From Patescibacteria group bacterium (GTDB taxonomy: Bacteria; Patescibacteriota; Minisyncoccia; Phycocordibacterales; CAIZLB01): a stretch of 64,000 nt of DNA. This document shows positions 9,676 to 19,498 of the stretch, in pieces. The translations under genes were made by a program, and so were the position numbers. Within the stretch, counting starts at the first letter, position 1. Each line of letters starts with the position of its first letter. The stretch is from positions 135,650 through 199,649 of the forward strand of contig JAZKJG010000001.1 of the NCBI GenBank assembly GCA_040384445.1. The letters are read 5' to 3'. Below the pieces are notes generated by a model. The model ran no database searches, was not told where the DNA came from, and saw only the letters and a list, made by a program, of their open reading frames with translations.

Positions 9676-10152
9676 ATGACTTTAAAAAATTTTTTTATTC
9701 TTGTCGGATGCATAGCATTATGCCAAAGTGCTGGTTTAATTGGAACGGTTTTTACCATAGACGCAATACCAACATGGTACGCAAATCTAAATAAACCCGC
9801 CTTAAATCCACCATCGTGGATATTTGGTCCTGTATGGATTATGTTGTATACGCTTATGGGAATTGCGCTGTATCAAGTGATTCAAAAGCATTGGTACAGA
9901 AAAGAAGTTAAAATCGCGATAAGTATTTTCAGTGTGCAGCTGCTTTTAAATGCAGTGTGGTCACCGGTTTTCTTTGGTGCTCAAAGGGTAGGAATTGCCC
10001 TTGGAGTTATTTCACTCATGTGGGTAAGTATTGTTGCAACAATTTTTGCATTTAAAAAAGTAAAAAATACGGCAGCATACTTGTTAATTCCATATATACT
10101 TTGGGTAAGTTTTGCTCTATATCTAAATTTTCAAATTTGGAAACTCAATTAG
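9676..10152 (+). CDS. tspO: TspO/MBR family tryptophan-rich sensory protein
   Basis: 158 aa with five TM helices. WYANLNKPALNPPSWIFGPVWIMLYTLMGIALYQV matches the TspO signature. Confidence 0.85.
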   Translation: MTLKNFFILVGCIALCQSAGLIGTVFTIDAIPTWYANLNKPALNPPSWIFGPVWIMLYTLMGIALYQVIQKHWYRKEVKIAISIFSVQLLLNAVWSPVFFGAQRVGIALGVISLMWVSIVATIFAFKKVKNTAAYLLIPYILWVSFALYLNFQIWKLN

Positions 10153-10523
10153 TTTTTACGAGTGTGAAGCGCCATAATATTGCCCTCAGTATCATACAAC
10201 CAGGCAATGTATCCCCATTCTCCAATATCTTTTTTACCAAACATAATGTGTACTCCTATCTCTTGTGCACGTTTTACTGCTGCGTCTATATCAGTGCAGG
10301 TAAAATACATAACTGGTCCTGTACTCCCTGGATGATATCCGTCTCCTTGCATAAGTACGCCGCTAATTCCTTTCGCATTGTCATCTGATGGAAACCATGA
10401 CGTTTTCCATCCAGGGATATCCTGACGCTTCATTGAAATTTCTAATACATGTTCATAAAATTTTGTTGCTCGATCGAGATCACTTACGGGAATCTCAAAC
10501 CAGCCAATTGGATTATATTGCAT
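10149..10523 (-). CDS. VOC (glyoxalase/bleomycin-resistance) family protein
   Basis: The track ORF extends to 10598, but the likely start is MQYNPIGWFEIPV at 10523. The betaalpha-beta3 VOC pattern (WFEIPVSDLDRATKFYEHVL) is present. Confidence 0.6.
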   Translation of the reverse strand: MQYNPIGWFEIPVSDLDRATKFYEHVLEISMKRQDIPGWKTSWFPSDDNAKGISGVLMQGDGYHPGSTGPVMYFTCTDIDAAVKRAQEIGVHIMFGKKDIGEWGYIAWLYDTEGNIMALHTRKN

Positions 10524-10557
10524 ATCAATAGTATACGTGAAATGGTAAAATACTTCT

Positions 10558-11475
10558 ATGAGACACACAATAAAATTTATATTCATTTTCCTTATCATTG
10601 CTCTTTTGGGAGTGCTTGGTTTTGCATATAATTATGAGGAAAAACCAGCTCCAGTTGAAGGTAGTGGTTCGGTTGTGCTTGAAGGAACGTATGAATGTCT
10701 ACCGTATATAGATACTGCACCAACTGAAAATCGAGTGTGTGATTACGGATTGATTACAGACACAGGTGAGATGTACGCTGTTGATTTTAATCAATTACTA
10801 CAGGCGCAGGCAGGACTCAGTGGAGGTGATAGGATTAAAGCTCAAGGAATTTTTACACCAATTGAAACATTGAGTTCTGATTATTTGACGAAACGATATT
10901 CACTCAAAGGGATATTCTCTGTTACAGATTCATTTGAAGTACTTGAGAAAAATAATTCCACCTCAAATGGCGTAATTTCATTTGATACACCTCAGGATTT
11001 TGGACTTGCTACAACCGTTGAACAAATTTTAGTTACGTCATATATTCCTCCATGTGATCCAAATTTTGATTACTGTCTATATTTTAACGGGAAAGAATAT
11101 CAAAATACAAATTTTGGAAGTGCAGGGATTAGAATTAAAAAGCGAACAGATTTAGCTACTGTAGATGCGTGTATTAATACACCGCCTGAAGGATATGTAG
11201 ATATGAAGCCGACTAATATTTCGAGCACTGGAGTGTATATACTCAGTTCGTTTCCAATTGGTGATGCAGGAATGGGTCATTATGCTTCTGGAGAATTGTA
11301 TCGGTTATCATATAGGGGAGTGTGTCACGAGTTTGAAACAAGAATAAGTGCTACGCAGTTGGCAAACTATCCCGAAGGAACAAAAGTTGAGTTTAAAGAT
11401 GAGGTGTTAAAAGAAAGAATTAAAAATGTATTACAGAGTGTTGAGTTGGCGGGTGGAGAGGTGATTACGTTTTAA
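10558..11475 (+). CDS. secreted/anchored hypothetical protein
   Basis: 305 aa with an N-terminal hydrophobic signal/anchor (FIFIFLIIALLGVLGFA). No motif recognised. Confidence 0.5.
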   Translation: MRHTIKFIFIFLIIALLGVLGFAYNYEEKPAPVEGSGSVVLEGTYECLPYIDTAPTENRVCDYGLITDTGEMYAVDFNQLLQAQAGLSGGDRIKAQGIFTPIETLSSDYLTKRYSLKGIFSVTDSFEVLEKNNSTSNGVISFDTPQDFGLATTVEQILVTSYIPPCDPNFDYCLYFNGKEYQNTNFGSAGIRIKKRTDLATVDACINTPPEGYVDMKPTNISSTGVYILSSFPIGDAGMGHYASGELYRLSYRGVCHEFETRISATQLANYPEGTKVEFKDEVLKERIKNVLQSVELAGGEVITF

Positions 11476-11561
11476 TAAAAAACACCTACGCTATAGCATG
11501 TGTACAGATATGGGTATATACTAAATATAGACCGAAATTATTAAGTAATTCAAATAAATAT

Positions 11562-11939
11562 ATGAATTCATCATACACATCACCAACAACAAAACCGATA
11601 TACCGAGGAACACAAGTTGTGTGGTATATCCTAGGCATTATTGAAGTGCTTCTTGCATTCCGATTTGTCTTAAAATTATTAGGTGCAAATGCTGCCGCTG
11701 GATTTACAAGTTTTATTTACAACGTTACATATATTTTCGCGGCTCCATTTCTTTCAGTATTTAGAAGTACGCGAGTTGTAGAAGGAAGTGTGTTCGAATG
11801 GACAACACTTCTTGCAATGGTTGTGTACTGGGTTGTTGCTGCTGGAATCATTAAACTTCTTCTTATGGGAAGAACAGTTTCAACTCCTGAAGCTGCGGTG
11901 AAGTTAGATCATCAAGATCCAAACACTCCGGCAGTGTAG
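11562..11939 (+). CDS. small membrane protein, YggT-like (tentative)
   Basis: 125 aa with two to three TM helices. FRFVLKLL...FIYNVTYIFAAPFLSVFR resembles the YggT fold pattern. Weak support. Confidence 0.4.
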   Translation: MNSSYTSPTTKPIYRGTQVVWYILGIIEVLLAFRFVLKLLGANAAAGFTSFIYNVTYIFAAPFLSVFRSTRVVEGSVFEWTTLLAMVVYWVVAAGIIKLLLMGRTVSTPEAAVKLDHQDPNTPAV

Positions 11940-11999
11940 TGAAAGAGAAACACCTAGCCGTAACGCTAGGTGTTTTGATTTTAATGGTATAATAAACCT

Positions 12000-12686
12000 A
12001 TGATCAAAAAAGTCCCAGCAACAGATCGACATTTCAACGACTTTGGGTCACTTAAGACCTACTGGCTTTTTTCTTTTTCTGATTATGTTGATCGCGACAA
12101 TATGGAGTTTGGGGCACTTAGAGTATTTAACGATGACATTATTATGCCGGGAAAAGGATTCCCAGAGCATCCACATGACACGATGGAGATCGTAACAGTC
12201 GTTTTTGATGGAACTCTTACGCACACTGATAGTATGGGAAATGAAGCAACAATTTCTAAAGGTGAAGTGCAAAGAATGTCAGCAGGAAAGGGGGTGCTTC
12301 ATTCTGAATATAATAAACATGATACGCCTGTTCATTTATATCAATTATGGTTTTATCCAAATACAGATACGACAGCAGACTACGAGCAAAAGCAGGTGGA
12401 TACATCTATTACACAGCAAACTATTCTTGCATCTGAACACGAATCATCTGGAGTAACACTGTATTCTGATGCAGTCGTTTCGGAATTACAATTTGGAATG
12501 AGTTCTACATTTACAATTCGAATCGCAAAAGGATGGGGAGTACTCTTATATGTACGGGAAGGAAGTGTAATAGTTCGAGATGTTGAATATCATAAAGGAG
12601 ATCAGGCACGAATTACAGAGGAGGAAGAAGTATTACTCATGTCGACTGAGGGTGCGTGCGTGTTTATGGTTGAGACGAGAATGTAA
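12000..12686 (+). CDS. pirin-family cupin protein
   Basis: 228 aa. HPHDTMEIVTVVFDGTLTHTDSMGNE...MSAGKGVLHSE matches the pirin N-terminal cupin metal site. Confidence 0.8.
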   Translation: MIKKVPATDRHFNDFGSLKTYWLFSFSDYVDRDNMEFGALRVFNDDIIMPGKGFPEHPHDTMEIVTVVFDGTLTHTDSMGNEATISKGEVQRMSAGKGVLHSEYNKHDTPVHLYQLWFYPNTDTTADYEQKQVDTSITQQTILASEHESSGVTLYSDAVVSELQFGMSSTFTIRIAKGWGVLLYVREGSVIVRDVEYHKGDQARITEEEEVLLMSTEGACVFMVETRM

Positions 12687-12689
12687 ATA

Positions 12690-12717
12690 AAAAACACGAC
12701 AGCTATATTTCAAGCTG
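12690..12717 (-). terminator. intrinsic terminator for the minus-strand gene ending at 12736 (possibly bidirectional)
   Basis: Hairpin cagct-atatttca-agctg with a T-run on the minus strand (tcgtgtttttt). Confidence 0.45.
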
Positions 12718-12735
12718 ACGTGAATGGTGGGGTTT

Positions 12736-13647
12736 TTATTTGATTGACCCTCTGAAAAACAATCGTTGTTGCTGTGGACTTATTTCAATCCATGTTTCGA
12801 TCTGACCAGTCCCTTGAGTCCAGGGTTGCCACCGTATGAGTCTCCAACTTTCTAGGTCTTCACTCATAAATATAGATGGCTCAGTTCCTCTTGGATATGT
12901 CATTTGCACCAGAGAATACGTCCGTACATACGGAAACCCTTGCGGAATTGTTGGATCATAGCGCCAGTACCAACTGTATCCGTAGTCGGTGTACGTTTCT
13001 TGAGTCATTGAAATGGTTGGCTCAAACATGCGCACTCCTTCTTGGGTGTAGGTCTCGGTTCGGTTCCCGAACGTAACATTGTATCGGAGTTTTTTTCCAA
13101 GAATTGGGATACCGATTTCTCCGACATTATTTGTGACAGACACGGGAATAATCTCATCCTCGGTTTGAATAGACAGACCAGTCATGCCGGCCAGGAATAA
13201 TTTGTTACCCAGAGTTTCTGGAAATGCATTCTCAATGACACTTTCGCTGATGAATCCAAGATTGCCAATATTCTCTTTTCGGAATCCAAATTTTTCAACT
13301 CCAAGCACTTTCATGCTTAGGAAGAATCGTGTGGAGGGTGGCCAGAGCGTGTTGTTTCTTGGAAACTGAGATTGCGCAAGCAACACAAGTCGATATGCAT
13401 ATTTTGCATAGTTCTGCCTGTATCCTTGATACGACGGAACGAATTCGGTATATTGCTCTGAAACGCTGCTTAATCCTGAAGGTGTATGATACTGAATCAA
13501 TAAACTTGTTTCGCATAGTTGCCCTTGGGTAAGGTCAAGCCATTTGTCGGTGATGGAGGTTTGACTAAAGCTCTCCGGTGGTGATGCGACACACAAAGGT
13601 GATACGCAAAAAAAGAAACAGAAAAACAATGTGTAGAGTATATTCAT
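12736..13647 (-). CDS. secreted hypothetical protein
   Basis: 303 aa with a clear signal peptide (MNILYTLFFCFFFCVSPLCVASP). No motif recognised. Confidence 0.5.
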   Translation of the reverse strand: MNILYTLFFCFFFCVSPLCVASPPESFSQTSITDKWLDLTQGQLCETSLLIQYHTPSGLSSVSEQYTEFVPSYQGYRQNYAKYAYRLVLLAQSQFPRNNTLWPPSTRFFLSMKVLGVEKFGFRKENIGNLGFISESVIENAFPETLGNKLFLAGMTGLSIQTEDEIIPVSVTNNVGEIGIPILGKKLRYNVTFGNRTETYTQEGVRMFEPTISMTQETYTDYGYSWYWRYDPTIPQGFPYVRTYSLVQMTYPRGTEPSIFMSEDLESWRLIRWQPWTQGTGQIETWIEISPQQQRLFFRGSIK

Positions 13648-13767
13648 CGGAATTAAGGGGAAAAAGTTAATGTGCTCTTTTGGTATAGTATCATAGGCGC
13701 ATTAGGTTGTCAGTACGATATTTTTAATATAGACTGTCATATAATTCCGTAACCCAAGCCCTTTTTT

Positions 13768-14406
13768 ATGAACTATTATTTTCTGTGTATTGTTGGGGGG
13801 ATTTTAATCCTTCTCAACGTTGTCTCACAAGCCACTGTGCCTCGATGCACAGACTTGAGAGCAACCAAGATTCAAGGTACAAAAGTATTTCTCAGTTGGA
13901 CCGTTCCGACACCAACTATCCCTGAAGTGATTCAGGAGTTAGATCTACGCATGAGTACCGTTCCAATTACTTCCCTGAACTTCAATTCAAGAACACGCCT
14001 CACATTGCTGACTGATCCTGGTACACCAGGTTCAACTCAGTCGGTGACTATTTCGAACCTGAGTTTAACCACTAGGTACTACTTCGCTCTCAAGAATTCT
14101 GGAGTGACAGGTGGTCTCCCTCAAGTGTGGTCGACTATGTCAAATCTGGTTGAATCCATAACATTTGGAGCGACATTACCTGTCACTCTTGCCTGGGATC
14201 AAAATCCTGAGTCAGATGTGATTGGGTACAAGATCTATTATGGAATCGTGTATGAGGTCATGGATCAAACAGTTGATGTTGGGAACAATACTTCTGTTGA
14301 AATCTCAGGACTCGAGTATGACACAAGGTACTACATGATGGTTACCGCGTACAATACTGCTTCTCTTGAAAGTTTGCCCTCAACAATCATTGAGGTCACT
14401 CCTTAA
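13768..14406 (+). CDS. secreted protein with fibronectin type III-like domains
   Basis: 212 aa with a signal peptide. Two FN3-like units (FLSWTVPTP...TRYYFALKNS and TLAWDQNPESDVIGYKIYYG...TRYYMMVTAYN). Confidence 0.55.
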   Translation: MNYYFLCIVGGILILLNVVSQATVPRCTDLRATKIQGTKVFLSWTVPTPTIPEVIQELDLRMSTVPITSLNFNSRTRLTLLTDPGTPGSTQSVTISNLSLTTRYYFALKNSGVTGGLPQVWSTMSNLVESITFGATLPVTLAWDQNPESDVIGYKIYYGIVYEVMDQTVDVGNNTSVEISGLEYDTRYYMMVTAYNTASLESLPSTIIEVTP

Positions 14407-14411
14407 ATTCG

Positions 14412-14446
14412 CCCGCAGCCACGAAGGTGGACTGCGGGTTTTTTTT
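14412..14446 (+). terminator. intrinsic terminator
   Basis: cccgcag-ccacgaaggtgga-ctgcggg followed by T8. Confidence 0.7.
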
Positions 14447-14506
14447 ATGGTCTTAAGATTTTGGTATCTATATAAACAGAAAGAAATGAGGTAAGCTGAC
14501 AATATT

Positions 14507-16969
14507 ATGACATTTTCTTTAAGATACTATGTTCAAATTGTATGTGTATTTGCATTGTTTGTATGTGCTTCATATACGTATGCTGCCAATGATACATGGG
14601 AAAATATTTCTCCAAATGGAGCTTTAAGTTCTTCATTTAATACAATTGCAACTGCAGGGGATTATGTGTATCTTGGAACTGATAATGGAATCTATAAAAG
14701 TCTTGATTCTGGTCAAAATTGGGTAGCTGTAAACACAGGGCTTTCAACTCTTTCTATCAGAGCAATTAGTGTTGGATTTATATATGATTCAAACTCATCA
14801 ACATATACTGCAAACGGTTCCACATATGTGTTCATTGCTACAGATAGCGGGGTGTATTATTCAACGTTAGGAGGCGCCTCTTGGACTGCGGTAAATAGTG
14901 GTTTAACTGATCTAAACGTAACAGATATTGAAATTGATCAATCTCAAGCAACACAAGGTAGTTTTACAAATATATATGCAGCTACTCCAAGTGGTGTATT
15001 TAGAAGTGTAAATAATGGTTCCTCTTGGACATTGCAAAATACTGGTATGTCGGGATTAGCTGTTACTAAAATTACTTCTGATTATGGAAATGGAAAAATC
15101 TACGCACTTACAAGTACAAATGTGCTCTATGGAAGTACACTACGTTCATTTTCTGGAGTTGATGAAAGCTGGACTCTGTCATTTCAAAGCTCAGGAACAA
15201 CAACGACTGATGTTTCAATATTAAGTCCAGTTGGGCAAATTGCTTGGTTATCTACAAGTGCTGGAATTCTAAAAAGTGATACAAACGGTCAAAATTGGGA
15301 ATCAAAAAACATAGGACTTCCATCAGCAACAGTGAATACTGTGGTGAGTGATTATTCAAATGCTAATGTTGCATATACTGCTGTTTCTGGGAATGGAATT
15401 TATCGGACATTGAACGAGGCCCTGCAGACTCCACAGTGGACCTCTATAAATATTGGATTAACGGATCTTGAAGTTGCAGAAATAAAACCAAATCCAACTG
15501 ATTCAGATATCGTATTTGCAATAGGTGCAAGTGGGGTATATAGATTGACGTTAAGTACTACAACAGTTGACCTTACTCCACCTTCGACTATTACTGATCT
15601 ACAAGCAACAGGAAGTGCATTTCAAAATAACACAGTGTTAACATGGACTTCTCCTGGTAATGATGGAATTTATGGAACATCAACTTCATACATCATTAGA
15701 TATTCTACTTCTACGATTAATGAAAGTAACTGGAGCCAGGCAACTTTTGCTATTCTTCAGCCGACGCCATACGCATACGGATCTTCTTCAATATATTACA
15801 TGTTTAACTTAACAGGGAATTTACAATATTACTTTGCAATCAAAAGTTTTGACGGAACAAATTATTCTGCATTATCAAATGTGGTGAGTGTTGCAGCGCT
15901 TTCGGATATAGCTGCTCCTGATGCTCCTGCATCTGTATCAACTTCAGATGTTACAACAACAACCCTAACTTTGACGTGGCCAGCAGCTACCGATGATGTT
16001 GGTGTTGTGGGGTATGTTATTTATAAAGATAGTATTGCAATTGCTACAACAACAAGCGGATTAACATATTCTGTGTCGGGATTGACTTCAGGTACTGCAT
16101 ACTCATTTGAAATAAAAGCGTACGACGCACAAGGCTACTATTCCACTGCAGCCACAGTTAGTGTATCAACAGCAGTTGAAGTTAGTAGTGGAGGTTCTTC
16201 AAGTGGAGGAAGTAGTGGAAGTAGTGGCGCATCAAGTGCTGGTGGAGGAAGTAGTGGTGGAGCTGCACCTGCGGCAGTGAGTACACCAACTGTGAGTTCA
16301 AGTACACCTACAATATCAAACATAGCAACAAATTGTCCTGTCGGTTTTGTTTGCAGTGCTGCTTCAAGTGGAGTGGGGGCAAAATATAATTTCATTCGAG
16401 ATTTAAAACTTGGCATGAGTCACCCAGATGTAAAGGTGTTACAACAATATTTGAACAGTCAAGGATTTGTTGTGGCAGCAAAAGGGTCTGGATCGGTTGG
16501 TTTAGAGTCAAACTATTTTGGTCCTGCAACTCGAGTAGCAGTAATCAAATTTCAACTTAAAAATAAAATTTTACCTGCGGCAGGATTTTTTGGTTTGAAA
16601 TCAAGAACATTTATCAACGGACTATCTACTGGAACAAAAGTCGCTTCTGTACCACTTAATACTCCTCTAGTTGTTACGAAAACTCCTGTAACACTCGTGT
16701 CGTCAAAAATAATTCTGAAGGTTGGTTCAAGTGGAATTGATGTAAAAAATCTTCGGACAAAACTACGATCACTGGGTTATTTTGCTTCATATGGCTCATC
16801 TGCAAAAGTACCTGCATCAGCAGCTGTAGAGACAACATATTTTGGAGTAGATACGCAAAACGCTCTTAAAAAATATCAATGTGATCAAAAGATCGTGTGT
16901 TCAGGTGCACCGGCAACTACTGGGTGGGGAAATTTGGGTCCAAAAACAAGAAGTATCTTAGGATTATAA
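14507..16969 (+). CDS. large secreted surface protein: BNR/Asp-box repeats, FN3 domains, Gly/Ser linker, two C-terminal PG_binding_1 domains
   Basis: 820 aa with a signal peptide. Repeated SxDxGxxW Asp-box motifs (SLDSGQNW, TLGGASW, SVNNGSSW, SDTNGQNW). FN3-like segments (LTLTWPAATDD...YSFEIKAYD). Ser/Gly-rich linker. Two putative peptidoglycan-binding repeats (HPDVKVLQQYLNSQGF...YFGPATRVAVIKFQ and VKNLRTKLRSLGYF...YFGVDTQNALKKYQ). Confidence 0.7.
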   Translation: MTFSLRYYVQIVCVFALFVCASYTYAANDTWENISPNGALSSSFNTIATAGDYVYLGTDNGIYKSLDSGQNWVAVNTGLSTLSIRAISVGFIYDSNSSTYTANGSTYVFIATDSGVYYSTLGGASWTAVNSGLTDLNVTDIEIDQSQATQGSFTNIYAATPSGVFRSVNNGSSWTLQNTGMSGLAVTKITSDYGNGKIYALTSTNVLYGSTLRSFSGVDESWTLSFQSSGTTTTDVSILSPVGQIAWLSTSAGILKSDTNGQNWESKNIGLPSATVNTVVSDYSNANVAYTAVSGNGIYRTLNEALQTPQWTSINIGLTDLEVAEIKPNPTDSDIVFAIGASGVYRLTLSTTTVDLTPPSTITDLQATGSAFQNNTVLTWTSPGNDGIYGTSTSYIIRYSTSTINESNWSQATFAILQPTPYAYGSSSIYYMFNLTGNLQYYFAIKSFDGTNYSALSNVVSVAALSDIAAPDAPASVSTSDVTTTTLTLTWPAATDDVGVVGYVIYKDSIAIATTTSGLTYSVSGLTSGTAYSFEIKAYDAQGYYSTAATVSVSTAVEVSSGGSSSGGSSGSSGASSAGGGSSGGAAPAAVSTPTVSSSTPTISNIATNCPVGFVCSAASSGVGAKYNFIRDLKLGMSHPDVKVLQQYLNSQGFVVAAKGSGSVGLESNYFGPATRVAVIKFQLKNKILPAAGFFGLKSRTFINGLSTGTKVASVPLNTPLVVTKTPVTLVSSKIILKVGSSGIDVKNLRTKLRSLGYFASYGSSAKVPASAAVETTYFGVDTQNALKKYQCDQKIVCSGAPATTGWGNLGPKTRSILGL

Positions 16970-17358
16970 ATACAAAACCCTGTCCTCCGAAGAGGAACAG
17001 GGTTTTTGAGATTGAGAGTCAAGATGATTCAAGGGTGTACCACTAGAGGTTTTGCCCAAACTGGAATAGTAGTTTCTCCCTTGTAAGGATGAGTGAGTAT
17101 GATTTGACCATGATCCAGGTGAGGTATAATCAGCTGAGGTCTTAACAATGCACACTCTGGACAGATCGATAGAGCATACACACAGGTGTTCACTGGACTG
17201 TTGAGATACGCTCGTCCAGGAACCATAAGTCGCTTAAATCTTGAATTGGGAATGTTGTTATTGCAGATTCTGCACTGGTAATGTTCAAGCATAAGAAGTG
17301 AAGGTTGTTCAGGAAATTTTATCATACCATTCTTCACATTTTTGTCAAATATTGACGC

Positions 17359-18669
17359 ATGGAGTATAATATATGTATGAGAACAAAAATATATATCATC
17401 ACAATTCTGTTGAGTATGTTTGTTTCCGCGCTCTACACCCCACAGGTATCTGCACAAACAACTTCACTTACATGTATGCCATTTTATAATAATCTACGGT
17501 TTGGTATGCGTGGAAATGATGTGGCTCGACTTCAAACAGCCTTAATCTCCCAAGGGTTTTTATCTAACGGTTTAGTTACTGGATACTTTGGCACAATGAC
17601 ATTTTTTGCAACAAAAAGATTTCAAGCATCTAGAGGAATTCCACCGACAGGATTTGTCGGAGAAATGACACGAAGTGCTTTAAATCAAATAGGATGTAGC
17701 GGTCCAATTATCCCTCCAATGCCGCCTGTGATCTCTTCTCCTGAGATTATATCTATTTCACCATCATCAGGACCATTTGGTACAACAGTAACGTTGTATG
17801 GACGAAATTTTAGCACCAGTGCTATAAACTCAATCAATTTTGCAGGAACTCAAAATGTTCGAACAGGATTATCTTCATACAATGGAACTACACTTCAGTT
17901 TACGATTCCTGCTACTCCATGCCCTCAAGGAGGTTATGTGTGTGCTCAAGTTGCACTCGCTCCAGGAAATTATCCTATAAGTGTTTCAAATAATGGCGGT
18001 ACAAGTAACACAGTATGGTTCTTGGTCACAGATCAATATGTGACACAGGATAGGGCACCAAGCATCAACGGAGTAGAGGGTCCAACAACTCTTGTAACTG
18101 GTCAGCAAGGAACATGGACAGTTCGAGCAACTGATCCCTACAGTGGAAATCTTACGTATTCAGTTACTTGGGGAGATGAAAATGTAACAAATGCAAATGC
18201 CGCAGCTGCGTATACTTCATATGGGCAGAGTGCTTCATTTACACATGCATACTACAATGCAGGCACATACACTCCTCGGTTTACAGTTCGAAATAGTAGA
18301 GGATTAGAAGCTGTTTCTACTATGACTGTTGTTGTAGGCACAAACAGTGGAGGGACTTCTTCTCAATACGTTACACTTGGATTAAATCAGACAGGTTCGA
18401 TTGGAACTATTGAGGTAACTCCAGTTGCAATAGTTGAAGATAGTCGATGTCCTGCAAATGTGAATTGTATTCAGGCAGGTAGAGTGGTCGTTGCAACAAC
18501 GATTCGATCTTTGTATGGACATAGAACTATTTCGTTACATTCAAATGGAGATATATTTACCGCTGAAGATGGGTATAAGGTTCAGATTACAGATGTTACT
18601 CCACAAAAATTTAGCACAGGAAGTATTTCAGATAGTCAGTACAGGATTACATATAAAATTTGGAGATAA
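17359..18669 (+). CDS. secreted surface protein: N-terminal PG_binding_1, IPT/TIG-like and PKD-like domains
   Basis: 436 aa. The signal peptide probably starts at the internal Met, near 17377. PG-binding motif (NDVARLQTALISQGFL...YFGTMTFFATKRFQ). IPT-like segment (ISISPSSGPFGTTVTLYGRNF). PKD-like segment (YSVTWGDEN). Confidence 0.65.
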   Translation: MEYNICMRTKIYIITILLSMFVSALYTPQVSAQTTSLTCMPFYNNLRFGMRGNDVARLQTALISQGFLSNGLVTGYFGTMTFFATKRFQASRGIPPTGFVGEMTRSALNQIGCSGPIIPPMPPVISSPEIISISPSSGPFGTTVTLYGRNFSTSAINSINFAGTQNVRTGLSSYNGTTLQFTIPATPCPQGGYVCAQVALAPGNYPISVSNNGGTSNTVWFLVTDQYVTQDRAPSINGVEGPTTLVTGQQGTWTVRATDPYSGNLTYSVTWGDENVTNANAAAAYTSYGQSASFTHAYYNAGTYTPRFTVRNSRGLEAVSTMTVVVGTNSGGTSSQYVTLGLNQTGSIGTIEVTPVAIVEDSRCPANVNCIQAGRVVVATTIRSLYGHRTISLHSNGDIFTAEDGYKVQITDVTPQKFSTGSISDSQYRITYKIWR

Positions 18670-18711
18670 TTCAAAAGAAAACACCCAACTATTTCTAGTG
18701 GGCTTGTTTTT

Positions 18712-19080
18712 CTATGCAATGAGGACTGCATTTTCTTGGCTGACTTGAATCATTCCGAAGTCGTAACGCTCGGGTTTGGAGCCAGTATAAATAAGAATGT
18801 CTTCATCATCAACGAGTTCGAAGACTGGATTAATCCAAAGCAGTACGCAAGGAGGAATTGTTTTTTTCCATGTTCCATCCCTTATTTCTGCTACAAAGTG
18901 CAATGCAATGTTGAGCCGAATTTCTTCAGAGGATTCAACAATGCGTATTGCTGCTATTGGTCCACGCTGACCATCAAATTCCAAATCCTTTGTGGTGCAA
19001 TCTTTTGTTCTTGAAATAAACCATTGTAAATCTTTAAGTTCTCGTTTCATGCTGAGAATATATGGGTTAAGGTACTTCAT
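18712..19080 (-). CDS. hypothetical protein
   Basis: 122-aa ORF with no recognised motif. Confidence 0.4.
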   Translation of the reverse strand: MKYLNPYILSMKRELKDLQWFISRTKDCTTKDLEFDGQRGPIAAIRIVESSEEIRLNIALHFVAEIRDGTWKKTIPPCVLLWINPVFELVDDEDILIYTGSKPERYDFGMIQVSQENAVLIA

Positions 19081-19148
19081 AACAGCATATGCCTTTTATA
19101 TTATTTGTCAATAATCAAAAAATTCCACCAGATTGGGGTCTGGGGAAT

Positions 19149-19481
19149 TTATGTCAGTTGAATAAACAACTGGTTGTCGCCAACTTTGGCAACAGAGATG
19201 GAGTGTTGAGGTTCTTTCAGTGTTAAGCTGAAGGTGAGTCCTTGAGTGCTGCTATGGTACTTGGGACGATTTCCAAGTTTACGATAATATCGTAGTAATG
19301 CTGCAGCAATCACACTCATATCGGGCAATTTTTTGAAGACTATAAGAATATTTTCACTGCATGTTGTGATGCTGAATATTTGAATAGTGCAGGAAAACTG
19401 TTGAGACAAAAAATGCGAAAGTGTAATGTCAGCTAAATCTTGTTTCATGGGCAGAAATAAAGGATTAAAGGTTCTAGTCAT
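19149..19481 (-). CDS. hypothetical protein
   Basis: The track ORF extends to 19496. An internal Met (MTRTFNPLF) is the likely start. No motif recognised. Confidence 0.35.
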   Translation of the reverse strand: MTRTFNPLFLPMKQDLADITLSHFLSQQFSCTIQIFSITTCSENILIVFKKLPDMSVIAAALLRYYRKLGNRPKYHSSTQGLTFSLTLKEPQHSISVAKVGDNQLFIQLT

Positions 19482-19498
19482 AATGCTACCATCCAAAC

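Noticed and set aside
16138-16416. 92-aa minus-strand ORF inside the 820-aa surface protein
   Set aside because: It lies antisense to the Gly/Ser/Ala-rich linker, where a GC-rich low-complexity stretch is open in several frames. It is an artefact.
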